Below, one piece after another: positions 1 through 14,400 of a stretch of DNA of 64,000 bases. Position 1 is the first letter of the stretch; every line of letters starts with the position of its first letter. Origin of the DNA: Trichoplax sp. H2 (taxonomy: Eukaryota); the NCBI GenBank assembly GCA_003344405.1, contig NOWV01000032.1, positions 434,001-498,000 of the forward strand, in the 5' to 3' direction. Below the pieces are notes generated by a model. That model did not search any database and was not told the origin of the DNA. It worked only from the letters and a program-made list of their open reading frames with translations. Made by a program: the position numbers and the translations under genes.

Positions 1-35
1 TAAGCATATCCTCCTTTGATAGCACTTATTCTACA

Positions 36-1709
36 ATGGATCATCGTCACCATAATGACAGTAACGTTATTTTGTGCCAACGGCCAAGATCATTTTCTAA
101 TCGCGATGATCTTTCTAATCCTATAATCACCTCTAACGCTAATTATTACGTAAGACACTCCCCAAATAACGCTGAAACTGTAACTTTATCGAATCAGTCA
201 ATACATAATCCAACTAAGGCTACTAATGTAACTCTTGACAGTATCAATCAATTTTCTGAATTTTCTCAATGCCACACTAACGCTCATGTCAACAACAGAT
301 CCAATACATTAGTCTCTAGAGCCTCGTCAGGTGATCTACATACGCGTAAAATAACTCACACTCAAGAAAATGGCCAGATGAATCACACGTCTCGATCAAG
401 AGGCAAAAAAGGCCAAAAGAAAAATCAGAAAGAGTTAAAATATCACTTTGCGCAAGGCACACTAATTAAAGATCATCAAGCAAAAATTATATTTACAAAT
501 GAAAAGCCAAAGCTAAAAAAGGCACAATCTTGCTCTAGTATTAAGACACAAGCGCCAGTTGAAATCTCACTTCAATCTGCAGCAATTTTATCTCCTAATT
601 GGCATAACAATGTTACTCAAAGAATTGCAGAACTAAAAACGTCTGTAGGAGTAGCTGGTAATTCTCTTTCATAAATATAAAATATCTATTTTCCGCAAGA
701 TTGTATTATTTTGCTACCACTATTTTAACCTCATTAATGATTACGACAGATGGAACAGATATCAATTTATTGCAAGTTGCAAAGCAAAGCCATAATCAAC
801 ACGGTAAGAGATTCCTATTTTTATTTTTAGCGCTTGCGAAATGTATTATACATTCAGCTTAGTTGCATTAGTATGGAAATAAGACAGCCTTTGCTTCCAA
901 CTAGGAAATTCATCCAAGCTTCATGAAATAATTAATACCTCAGCTGGTGATAATTCACAACCATCGCCTTTAGATCGATCCGAGGTGTTACCTTTATTTT
1001 TCAAGAATACATTGTCTGATAACTATCTGAATCAATTACATCGAGATACAATTGTGCAGCCAAATCTTGAGGGTAATACTCATATTAATAACGGTACTTA
1101 GAATCGTCCCCCCCCCCCGTAGTTCTATATCATAAGTGCACCTTGCTTTATATTTGCGGAAATACTACCGTATTCACTTTACTTCGGAATTAATCACGCA
1201 TATTAAATTATAGTTATAACCTAAACGATTCATGTTGCTTTGATTGCATTTAGGAAGTTTCAATTACAATGAAAATGTACCTAAAGACGTAATTGCTGCT
1301 CGGGAGTTTCACTCAAATCAGGATTCAATTCAAGTTGACTTTAATGCAGAAAATAATCAGTGTTCTACAACGAATGCAGCATCTTTTACTTTATCTAATG
1401 ACGAAATTTATGATAATGAGGTAATTCACCTATCGTATATATAAATAAAAGTTAACCGGTTATTAATATAGTAAGAAGATTTCATAGTATGCAATAACTT
1501 AGAATGGATAAACTTTTACCTCTCAACCAGGCGGAATTTGATTTAGAAACTATAACCGACGGCATAAGCTGCGACTTTCAAAGAGGTAACGATAAGAGTT
1601 ATACATATTCGATGTATTTCATCTTTCTGAAGTTATCTTATCTCGCTAATCTATTTTGTTAGAGTCTTATAGAGACGATTTGCACGAACTGATGCATGAA
1701 TTAAACTGA
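36..1709 (+). CDS. Multi-exon gene of unknown function (Ser/Asn/Thr-rich, probably disordered); may begin upstream of the window
   Basis: 212-aa ORF with a donor (GCTG|GTAATT ~657), followed by further AG/GT-bounded open segments (~750-803, 905-984, 1253-1420, 1502-1585, 1663-1709) ending SYRDDLHELMHELN*. No family recognised. Confidence 0.45.
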
Positions 1710-3928
1710 TAACTTGGAACTTTTCAACTCAGTATGGCATTATCTTGGTTAGAGCGTATTAAGGCCACGAATAATTTGCCTAACCACTGTATCTCGAAAA
1801 AGTGAATTCAAGGATAAAGATTTCGTTGTATATTTATGAAAATAATTTTATGTTCTTTTTACCTTTGGTATTAATGAAATACCGAAATTCTACCCAGTGT
1901 AATACATATAAAATCAAATATACATAGATGTATATTATATTATATTGCCTAATCAATTTTCTGAGATCGTATTGATTCATGGGAAGCCAACAAATGTTTA
2001 CACGCTTTTGGTATATGATCTGGACGCGTAATTTTATACTGTTTCTAATATTAATGTAACGCTCTACTTCGCTCTGGTAAGCATAAGGATGTTTACTTTA
2101 ATATCTATTATTAATTTAGAAATGATTGAGGCATTTAATAGCCGACTCTATGATGGATTTCGTATGACTCGTCACTCTAACATAAAACACTATATTTTAG
2201 CCGTAAGTAACTTTTACGGGTACTTCAACTTACAATACAAAAAATAGTAGATGGTTTCGGTGAATTTCATTTCTATTACACTAACTTTAGTTGAAAAGAT
2301 GTGTAATAATGTAGCGACAATTGATGCGTTCCCGGAATTTGTTGTTTGTTTTAACTGTAAATGCTAATTTATGGTATTATGGACGGAAGAAGCAACTCAT
2401 GATACCTACAAATAGAAATTGCTGCGGTATAAAATACCATTCGTACTACACTTAATACAAATTATTAACTTAGTCAATAATTGCACCGTGATGACGTTAT
2501 TGATGTTGAATGTATGAGCATGATAAGAAACTTAGCCAGTTTTACTAACAGTTCGTAAATATGGATAGGCCTTATGATTCCTAAGGTCAATTCAGATTAG
2601 ATCACTTGGTTACTGTGAACAAAGCATTTCTAAACAATTAGCTATTACAGAAAATGCTGTTTTATGCATTGCTCTTCTATTCTTGACTAAAGGTGTATAT
2701 ATATATTACAGTACAAGCTCTTTTCCATGATGCCTTTACTAAACTGTATCATGTGTAACATCATATTATATCTATTCTGCTGCTCTGAGCTGAAGATCAT
2801 GAAAATTATTATTTAAGTTCAAATAGCACTCACTCATTGATAACAGTTTGCCTTCTATTACGGTTAGGTCCAAATTTTAGCGTGCTAAATTTAAATATGA
2901 TCTGTGACTGATCATGCAATCTTGGATGATAATTACCGTACAACAAAATATATCCAACGTAAAGTCACTGGAAATAGTCGTTAGACATACTAACTTTTCT
3001 CGCTATTGATAGTGTGGTTACTGTATAAGGAAACAACATTAACATCGGTATAAAATCATATATTCTTAACACGTAATACCGATCAGGCATGATCTTCAAC
3101 TGTGAGACATTGCAAAGTCATTACATAATTTATTAATCTTAAATTATCAAAGATCTCGTTTAATAGCGAATCAAACAGTTTTGCATCGTTTGAAGGCAAT
3201 CCCTAAGAACTGTCCCGGATATTACAGTATTAATGCTGTTTGCCCATAGCTTTTAGATTAAAACTTACTTTAAAGTTTAATTTAACAGTGCTTATATACC
3301 GCGAAAAGATATGCTACCAATATCATTTCGGTGATTCATAGTACTGTACTGATTCGAATTTTTTATCGATCATTTAGTAGCTTACTGGTTTCTGTTCTAT
3401 ATTTATAATTCTATAGGTATCTCGCCTTTATGATCAAGTTTAGGCAGGGTTACATAAAAGTTGCTCAAGTAAGACATCAGTAACCCTTTAAAAATAATTA
3501 TAATTGCATGATAACGTGAAGAATAGAATTATTTACAGTTATTAATATAATAAACCATCAACCAATCAAAATTGCTGCAATCCAAACATTACAGTCTTGT
3601 AAATAAAATTTGGATATAGAAAATCTTATCTCTCAGTATTACAGCAATACTGAACACATACACAATATCTTGCAATCATCGATCTTCTGAAAAGGTTTTC
3701 GCATTGTAAAGTAACCCAGAATGACATCGTTATCAAGTGTGATGCACCGTAACAATATTTATAACATTGGGTGTTTCAAGCTATGGCTTGATTTCCGTTT
3801 ATCTCATCCACGCTATCTGTACCGTCAGGACCTAATGATCATAATTATTATTAGAAGTACGTAGATAAAATATTAGAATTACACTAGTAAAAACGTTCAC
3901 TATTTCTAAAGACATAAGCAATACAAAT

Positions 3929-6900
3929 TTATAAATTAATACACCTACCTTTAATTAAAGGTTCTTCATCTTCAGCATTTATTACAGTGGTCATACGTAT
4001 ACTTTGCTTAGTTTTGTAGGTCAAATAGGTAATAAAAAATAACCCAGAGCTGAGCAGATAGAGCCCTGGAAATAGTAGTATCAGAGCCGTCCTCAAACTT
4101 GTGCTTGTAGCAATAGGGGGAATCAGTAAGGGCATTAGTCCACCTACACAAAACATATCTGTACATTAGTGCCTACACGAGTTGAAACGAGATCATACGG
4201 ACAAAAGAATATCATTCTTTTACTATTTTATGCCAAAAGAAAACTCATTCTTAATTTTATGCTACTCTTTACATTATTATTCGGAGAAATGACTAAAAAC
4301 TACTTACCAATATTAGTAATGATGAAAAGGTAAATGGCTACTGCTACCGTACGAATATTACTTGGCACCACCTCAACTATAACTGCTAGGGTAACGCCAA
4401 TCCACATTTCACCAATAATATTACTAGGTATAAGGGCAATAAAAGCCCAGGGAGGCGGTAAAAGTAGAGTTAAGAGAGCGAATGGTGAAGCTACAGCCTA
4501 AAACACAAAAGTGAGAAGGCTGTCATCGAATTCTTGACAAACAAAAATTTATCACCTCGAGATACATTATATCAATTGAAGATTTGTTTGACGTTATCCA
4601 TTAAAGCTACCTGGCTCATAATTAGAACCCACAGACGTGCGCTAAGTCCCCGAGAACCGACCAACCGATCAGAAATGAATCCACCAAAAAATGCTCCTGC
4701 AGAACCACCAATTAAAGGAATCCAAGTTAGAAAGTCTGCGACTACAACACGCGGGTAGTACTTGTTGAAATATGGCTTCGTATTGTATGCCCATACATAT
4801 CCCCCAGCATTTCTAACTGAGCCAGCAAGGATGAGCATCAGCAGCGTTCGATCTGCGAACGGTTGTAATGCTACAGACAAATAACCGCATGTATAAGTAT
4901 TAACGCAATATCTGAAATCTGGTAAGAGATATTCTACTCCACTTAAACTTAAATAAAACATTAATACACGCCTAGTCTCAGCCTTTCCCACGTAAATCTT
5001 GGGCTGTCGCTAATTTCGTTTCGCCTAGCCGGCTCTTTGACGGTAAATATAAGCAATAAGAATATCAAAACACCAGGGATAGAGGCCAGCCAGTAAACCC
5101 ATCTCCATCCTTGATTTATGATATTTGCTCTAACAACAAAATCGCCCAATGCATATGATATACCATAGCCAGTATAAATCCCCCAGTTATAAATACCAAT
5201 GGCAGAAGCACGTAAATTCTATTGAGTTAATTGAAAACAGGAGTTGTTACAAATTAATATACCTGTATACACTGCATGCGTATTTAATACGGTAAAAAAG
5301 AATTCACTAGTCACATATAATATTATAAGGTTCAGTTATTACGACTTAATAGTTCCGCCTTACAGATTAATACAAACTACAGTATACTCCCTTACCACAG
5401 GAAAATAATCGGCAATTAGGCTTGTAGCGAATGGTGTACAGCCTGCTTCACTATAGGATCATGACAAGATCAAAATGTAAGTATAATAATACTTCCAACA
5501 TAGAAAGAATATCATCTTACTTACCCGATTCCTACACCGAATCTTAATAAAAGAAGTTGCCAATAATGTTTCGAAAATCCTGTTAGGAAGGTCATCACAC
5601 TCCAAAAAAGTAAACACATCGCCAATAGGTTTCGCCGGCTAGTTACATCAGCCGCAATTCCAAGAGGAATTCCAGAAATAGTGTAAATTACTTTGAAACA
5701 AGAGATAGCGTCTCATCATTATTTCAATAATCTTTATAACTCAAAATTAGCTACAACTAGATAAAACTTTAAATTGTAACAGACTTAATAAAGTAGTCCT
5801 CTACTTCCTCTGCTTAAGAATTTTAGTCATTGAAGAACTAAAATCTTCAAGTCACTACAGCGGTAAATTGTCCTACTGTATATTACATCCTGTGCCATCA
5901 TCGTAACGGTTTCTAAGTACCTCGATAGGTAACGCTATAAATTGATTTTATCACTAATCTACTTGCATAGCCTTTACTGTAATTGCACGATGCGATAGCT
6001 GCTATATCTTTGTATTATACTAGCGCAGTGTTCAAGCGTATGCAATGAAAATGTATTATGCATAGTTTCTGGGTAATGATGACAACGGGCTTAAACAAGG
6101 GATCAAGTCCATGATTTTAGTGTATTTTTCATTAGCAGACTAAAAGTGAATCATTAATCTGCTTAATTTTACCTTGAGCTTGGCTATCTGTAACTTCGTT
6201 TGATGCGCTTGATATACTTGCTACTTTACTACAGCGTTTTACAACAAGTACAGTATACTATCGATCTCACATTATTGCAGTACACAGTAATATTTCATTT
6301 ATGTATATTATATTATTAAGATAAGGAAGTCATAGATCTATCTAATACGGCTTAATCACTCGTTTGTCACCGTTTCGTTCTGATATTGAAATGTGTAACT
6401 GTATAGCCGATTCCTTGCGATGGAGTCAAACTTTACATAATCGACATAGTACATTTTATCTAGCGACTAAATTGGTGCCGTGCAGTGCCATAAATTTGAT
6501 AATGTAATATGCCAATCCGAAATAACTGCAGGGCTAACTAGTGTGTTGCAGTTAGCGTTAATTACAGTAAATTCTTGTGCATTACCTATAAAAACTGGTC
6601 CAGCTAGGAGTTGATACAATTCTCCTTGTCCGTTAAAGTCGTATTTGCAAACGCGGTAACCACTAGGGGAGATAATTTCATGACATCTACTCGGAATCGA
6701 TTCCCGATCGCATAGATGTTTCATCATATTTCATTATTCATAACAAATATCATATTTTTAATATTAATTTAAATCTTCTTGTATTATATGATTATAAATA
6801 CTGTATAAACCGCAAGTAACTAACAGTCAAGAGAAACTTACATCGCTTCTGCTTCTGCAACAGGGAGCGTTCTGTTAATTGTACACGACGTGTTTCCAAC

Positions 6901-7086
6901 TTCTGCGATACTGTACGACATATTCAATAAGCAGTCTTTATCTCCCCAATGCATATCCTGTGCAATATACATTGACGTTACACCGATCGCATAGCGATCT
7001 AATTGATTAAGAAGGTACGTCAAAAGGAGCACGACCAAAACATACACTGGATACCATCCAATACCGCGTAGTAAAGATATCGACAT
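3929..7086 (-). CDS. Major facilitator superfamily transporter, spinster-like (multi-exon)
   Basis: Exons encode LLTYLLNQLDRYAIG (TM1), YQLLAGPVF, GIPLGIAADVTSRRNLL (MFS motif A-like), GEAGCTPFATSLIADYFP, GWRWVYWLASIPG and GAFFGGFISDRL. Introns are GT-AG. Confidence 0.85.
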
Positions 7087-7208
7087 TTTATTTCTTTTTC
7101 ATTAAAGTGTTCCAATGATATACTGTATAATTTTTATTTTTAAACGGTTTACTGACTTTACTTTATACCTTGTATCAAAACGTACGGTTAAAAGCTAATT
7201 GATTCAGT

Positions 7209-8520
7209 GATCATTAAAAACGTAATCCAGTTAGAAGCTGACCTTAAATGAGGATCAGCTTTAATAAAAATTCACCCGATAAAGTGTTTTCCTGAACCTT
7301 TTTATCACTAAAAATGTAAAATAAATAAATTACATTACCGTACTGTACTGTACAAGACAATGAAATTTTCATATCGGAGTACAGTACAGTACAGTACTGT
7401 ACTGTACAGTACTTAGTCCGCTGCTGGATTTGAAGCACATACAGTACTGTACAGTACTGTAACTAATGAAGTTTTTTATTGAATCATTTCGCGTACTGTA
7501 CTGTACAGTACATACTGTAGAGTTAAGGAAGATACTCCAAAAACTAATGGCGTAAAGTACAGTGTACAGTACAGTACTGTACAGTACTTTTCCATCTAAA
7601 AATCCGAAAGAATTAGTAAATACTACAGTACAGTACTGTACAGTACTGCAAACAGTGCACAGTATACGGTACAGCACAGTACTGTACTGTACAGTACATT
7701 ATAACTACAGTATGAATACTGTACTGTACTGTACTGTACAGTACTGTATGCCTTAACTATTCTTGAGTAGATAGTTGAATACTGTACTGTACTGTACTGT
7801 ACAGTATACAAAAAATTCAGCCCGCTAGCTCACATGTTGGTGTAAATACGGTATTTTTGCATTAGTTTAAGTCCTAGTTTTTCCTTTTTCTTTATNNNNN
7901 NNNNNNNNNNNNNNNGATCATTAAAAACGTAATCCAGTTAGAAGCTGACTTTAAATGAGGATCAGCTTTAATAAAAATTCACCCGAAAAAGTGTTTTCCT
8001 GAACCTTTTTATCACTAAAAATGTAAAATAAATAAATTACATTACCGTACTGTACACGACAATGAAATTTTCATATCGGAGTACTGTACTGTACTTAGTC
8101 CGCAGCTGGATTTGAAGCACATACTGTACATTACAATACTGTACTGTAACTAATAAAGTTTTTTATTGAATCATTTCGCGTACTGTACTGTACAGTACAT
8201 ACTGTAGAGTTAAGGAAGATACTCAAAAACTAATGGCGTAAAGTACAGTACAGTCAGTACAGCAATAATTTCTAATTTCTACTGTACGTACAGTACTTTT
8301 CCATCTAAAAATCCGAAAGAATTAGTAAATACTGTATTGTACAGTACTGCACACAGTGCACAGTACAGTACAGTATGCCTTAACTATTCTTGAGTAGATA
8401 GTTGAATACTGTACTGTACAGTACAGTCGTATACAAAAAATTCAGCCCACTAGCTCACATGTTGGTGTAAATACGGTATTTTTGCGTTAGTTTAAGTCCT
8501 AGTTTTTCCTTTTTCTTTAT
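7209..8520. other. Near-identical duplicated segment flanking an N gap (7209-7895 vs 7916-8520); probable uncollapsed alleles
   Basis: Both copies begin GATCATTAAAAACG and end TTTTTCTTTAT, separated by 20 N at 7896-7915. They differ by SNPs and by indels in GTACW tracts (687 vs 605 bp). Confidence 0.9.
7338..8430. repeat. (GTAC[A/T])n pentanucleotide satellite tracts upstream of the MFS gene
   Basis: e.g. 7379: GTACA GTACA GTACA GTACT GTACT GTACA GTACT; multiple tracts interspersed with unique sequence. Confidence 0.9.
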
Positions 8521-11435
8521 CTAAAGAGAAAATAAACATGCTGAGCATGTACAGTATAACAGTATATTAAAAAAAGATATTTCTAAAGAGACGGAAGTCC
8601 TTGCTAAAAAGGTGCTACCGTTTACTGAGCCCACTAAATACCAATGAACTCGACATAAAGTTCTACTCAAGAAATACCAATCAGTGTCATGATCATTGTT
8701 GGTGCAGAAATATCACTCACAGTACGGTACAGTACTGTACTGTAATTCTAGGAATCACCTTCCATTTGCACCTGCTAGCTCGTAACAATGCTCACCATGA
8801 CAATAATTGAAGGTTTTATTTATTTATTCATTGACAAACTACGTAAATGTGACCAATCCCATTGTTAATCCTAAATTCGGATATTGCCATCACTGCACAG
8901 TACTGCACAGTGTACATACACAATTGTGCACATAGTGTATTTTTAAAAGAGCATATCATTATAAAACAGGCTTGTCCAGCATTTATTACAGGAGACTATA
9001 ATTCATTCAATCAAATTGTTAATACGCTGTAATTGTGTAGAATAGTATGATCGATAAAATATTGTAAATTAAGTACGGTACCATATAGTACTGTATATGG
9101 CAAACAAAGACAAAGAAATTTATACCAAGGCATGAACGTAAACGTAGACGAAGCATCGTGTAACTCGACAATTTTTTTACCCTCTTAGGCCCTCTCTATA
9201 TACTTTGAACAAAGTTACCGTATCCGTTTCATATTCCACTTATTCATGAGATTCGAATATATGATCTATTAATATACCGTAGGCCATGCAGTATCCTGTT
9301 AATATGCAACGCTTATAAAATATGGCATTTGATCTATACTGGAGTAACGTCACGGCATGTACGAAATCCGTGCCGCCTTTACCTAATAAACTGGACCCTT
9401 GACTCTCTGGTTAACTAAAATTATACACGTCTATGTTATTAAAATTCGTTCTACAGAGGTACAGTACTATAGTGTAATGATAATAACTGCCTATTTAATT
9501 GTATATACGCGTATGAGGACTGATATTAATTAATAGATGCTTTATCCTTACATTCAAATGAGGCATGTAACTTCTAATACAGAAATTTTCTTACTTTAGG
9601 ATTAAACTTCTAAAGACAATCAACTAGAATATGATAAAAGCAGTAACATTGGAATCAATCCTAGCTGAGGCTTTAACTAAAAGTCTACTTATAGTTATCC
9701 GACGTGAAATGGATCTGGCTATAAATTAAAATTACAAACCACAGTTTTACTTAAAACGCTTACCGCAAAAACGTGACTTTCGGTTGAATAGTATCCACCA
9801 ATAATTAATTGCATCACTGCATTGTTTATTAAAACAGTATCAGTGCTTAAGATATAGTTTCAAAACTAAAGCAATTTACAATGATATAAACTCGTCATCA
9901 ATCTGACACAGATTTTACATTCTAGGCTGTTATAGTAATATTTTCAGTATTTCATAAATTTTATGGAATATCATACAAGTATCTTTCCTGTATTTCTGAA
10001 ATGGTATTGGATACAACAGCAGCAATAGCTGCGGTGATTATTTTATACGCTATGCTTATCTCCGATGTTCTTATTGATGGTCTGAGAATATTATCAACGA
10101 AATCATTGAATTCTAGCCGTAAAAGAAGGATTTACACAAGGTCAATTCCAAGCAGGCGCTAATATTATTACCTAAAGTGGAGATACAAGCCTAAATTTAG
10201 ATATTTTTAATTAATTTTTATCGCCGAATTCACTCTATCAAAGAATTTAGATGGATTTACACAGTAGCATATGACATCAGTACACTAAGTAATACAGTAT
10301 GATGTTGTCTCTTTCTCATTCCTGAATCAACCTTCATATATGCATGTACAACTTAGGTATTCATAAAGTCAACGACATCACTCCATAAAAACTCGATAAT
10401 CTTAGATTCTAAAATATCTCCAATTTAAGATAGCATTTGACTCTTCTAAAGTAATTAATCCTAGATGATGTCGATCAGTGACGTTATCAAAACTGGCAAT
10501 TTCTAAGTTGCATGATGACATAATCTCGTAAAATTTGCTATGATATTAACGAATTATTTCGCTTTTTCCTATTCTTAGGCGTTTTAAGAGGCGGCCGGTA
10601 ATAATTATGCAACCAAAACCGAAATCCGAATCTTTATTAGCTAAACTATGCGGCAGAAAGTGCTATCAGCATGAATTGATGAGGCAAAGATCATCCAACA
10701 AAAGGCATTATGTTAGATTCGGCACGGCCGTTTAAAAGTACTTAAAATGTGTTCGAATAATTGCGCAAGATATTGACGTAATAACGATAACATAAACAAA
10801 TTTTTAAACAAGCATAGTACATAAAATTTGTATAGAATCACGATTTTTATCAATTTTATAAAAATTTTATAAGATCTAATTAGTTGAAAAATGGGCTGCG
10901 ATGGTGATCTACTCTTATGGATATATACGTACCAATTATAATATCCTTAGATCTTCATCAACCTGGACTGCTCAGGAATAATTAATTTTTTTCACCGTCA
11001 AGTAGTGCTTGGATCTGTGAGAGTAAAGGTGTTGATACTTATCATTGAATATCTTACGTGAAATCAAGGTTTTCCATCTCGGTCTCACTACAAAATGTAC
11101 AGTTATATGCTAACAAAAAGGAAGAAATTACGAAAAGCCAAACTTTCATTTCATAAAACTGTATTAATAGCATCCATAACCGTAATTTGCTGTTCAATGT
11201 CCTGTGTCATCATGTTTGTATCTTGTTCGAAGTATTACACTTTTGTATGTAATGAATTTCTATTTATGTTTATGTTGTAGTTCATGTTATAATACGAATG
11301 CAATATCGTTAACTTTATACAGCGCTTTCGTTAATATAACCAATATAGGAGTAGGTTATAATGTTAATCAACAATAAAGGAAAGTGCAAATGAACTACGT
11401 AAGTCATTAAATTTAAAGATTAAGTCTTATAATCC

Positions 11436-14400
11436 CTAGGCAGCTTCTTTACCTTTTTTAAAGTATTCGATTGAAAAAGCAGTAATTGCTTTTCTAATTT
11501 TAAATATTCTTTCCTCAAACTTTTCTGTCTTTCAATCAAATCTGTCATGATACCAACATCATTCTATAGGTATAAATCATATGGTAATATAAACTTAATT
11601 CATTATTACCTAAATTGACCAGAAAGCAAATGCAAGATATATATTTTTATTTACTAACTGTATCTATGCTAGTCATTACAAATTAAAAACTGCTTTTACA
11701 GGACATACTTTTATTCTTTCTACTTCAGGAGAAGTTACATCTTCGTCGTCACTTCCTATACCAATCATATATCTACGACGATTAAAATAATGACAGAGCC
11801 ATAAAATAAGCAGTAAAAGATATTCGGGCAGTTTTTAACTTCATGTAATAGTAATAACAAAACCGAGAAATACCTTTCAAACTCTTCTGTTGTCATTGAT
11901 AATTGATCAGCTTGCAGGTTATCAATAAAAGCTACAGCACAACACTAATAATGAAAACAATCGTAAATAAGGACCTTAATTTCAATATGGGAAAGTTAAC
12001 TTACTAAGTTTGTAAAGTAATAACCCGCTTCGCCTGAATTAAGTCTAAGTGCGTTCGTAAATCGCATGATATATCTAAATCGTAAAGACATGGAGTTTAA
12101 TTCAGCTATCATAAAAATTAGCAATTAGGCCAGCTAAGATGCGTACTGAATATCAGATTGAAGATTTATCGGGTTTGCTTTGATTAAAACGTAAATTAAC
12201 GCAGGTAGAAATACATCAGCATTAACAGACGTTGCAGAGCATACTTGAAGCATAGCTTTGAATTAGTTAAGGAAAAATATCACATCAACCGAATTATCGA
12301 AATTTCGTAAAATGCAGCAAGAAACACAAATCGTAGGATACAAATCACCGTACGACAACATTTAGTGTTGCATGATAGCTTATCCTCAGGCGCCAAACTT
12401 GAATGCATTCTAGATATTTCTGTAGAAAAAATTTATATTTATTTATTTATATTTGATTAATTGAATTAATACGATTTATTAAACGAAAATCATTGAACCT
12501 TGTATTGCTTTACTTAGTAGAGTCGCTACTTCCACGTTATCAAGAGTGACCTCTAACTCGAGGTGCCTCAAAGTTATCCATTGGAAACTTTCTATTCGTT
12601 CTTTGATTAAATCATTTTTTATTTGATCTTCGGAGTCTTTCTGGTTATACAAACTAAGAAAATAGGAGTCACAATAAATTCTCGTGACGGCATACGGCAA
12701 AAGATTTTCAACAAATGCTTAGGGAACTCTTACTATTTATAAAGAGAAACTGTCAAAAATTTCTCGATCTTGTCCATCATTAGAGATGTATCACGTAGTC
12801 CTTCGAATCGTTCCAAAAGTTTCTATAAACATTCTTCAGAGTTAGACATAACTTACTTTCTAAGATTATTTTAACTGTATCCACCTCCGCTAACGCTAAG
12901 GAAGAATACGAAATTATTACAATACTGTATAGGGCTAAGAAAATTAGTAACCTGATAAAATGATTGTATTAATTCACTTTTTTGTTCTATTCCTAAGCTG
13001 TCTTCCTTTATCTTGGTACTTGTACTTGAAGAATGATTTTAAAGTTTTAAGGTATGCTTTCATTCGAATTTTAATTTAATATTTCGATGATAAACATAAT
13101 ATTTACACTGTATATTGCTGGAAAACCTCGGTGAATACAGAAGAATCACAAATGTTACTTCGCAAGAATTCTTGCAAACGGCGACTTGCAGCAATAGCTT
13201 CCGCTGGAAAAATATTAGCAGCACATTAAAAAAATTTTATTCACGGAATACTACGACAGATTAAATAAATGCACAGGGTAGTATAACAACTCAATATAGC
13301 TAAGATTAAAACATGGGATAATTTTTCATGCCACTGATGATAAAATATCAAAATACTTTTGTAATAATAATGAATTCGATTTTACCTACTAATACGGACT
13401 AATACTTTCTAAATGAGTAGCATCAAAAGAACACGCAATTACTCTATTACATGATCTAAATTTCTGCGAAACTTGTTTCAACCATTCGCATACTAGATAC
13501 CTCCGTAGTGTAACCTACTAAACATTAATTTATAAATATTTTAATATTAGAACTTACTAGCAACAGAATTATTATGTTCCGGAGTGTTCTTCTTCACAGC
13601 TTTCGAGGTCGTCATGCTATAAAATCCGTCATATCAATCTCCACAGATATTTGATATTGATTACATTTATGCTATATACAAGGTATTATTGCAAAATGCG
13701 CTATAATAAACGAACGAATTGATCCAATTCATTCTTCAACTCTGTTGATACTATACTTAATTTAAATTTCCAAAATTACATGAATATTTTAGGTCTAGTA
13801 CAGTACGAGCTTAATAATGATAATAAATGCTGAAAGATCATATAATGAGCTAGTTTAATAACCTTCGCTTTCCATCCAAAGATAACCCAGATGCCTTTTC
13901 TAACTTATTAATTAGGCTAAAGCTCCTGTTCTTATTAGGTATCGTTTCGGCTTAATTTGTCATGCAACAAATATTGTCAAAGTTAGACTCAGAATTATCG
14001 GAATATGTTTCTGATTTTTTAGTCTGAAATAACCTACAATTTATCATGATTTACAGTTAATTAAAAGCTTGCAAACAAACTACACTATAATTTTACGGTC
14101 ACTTTTATATTACATTGTATAGGCAATAGCAATTAAACATCTTGCCCTAAAAATACCACTATTCATATCTCACTGAATGTAATGTATTGTAAACTGCTGT
14201 AAATTACCCTCGCAAATGTCATACGAAAACTATCCCGAACTAAAGAACAGATATAACATGGCAAAGTTTACGCCTAAGTACACGCATACCCATTACCTTT
14301 AATACTGTTATTTATATGATTCGATTCATCTTTCTTATTAGTTATCGGATATTTGGTATCGGGTAAAGATTTAGCTTTTTGGATCTTGTAACATTGTGAA

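Noticed and set aside
7244..7811. ORFs rich in YSTVQYCTV (also at 15328, 37543, 44053, 57055, 63346 etc.)
   Set aside because: These are translations of the stop-free GTACW satellite on both strands, not proteins.
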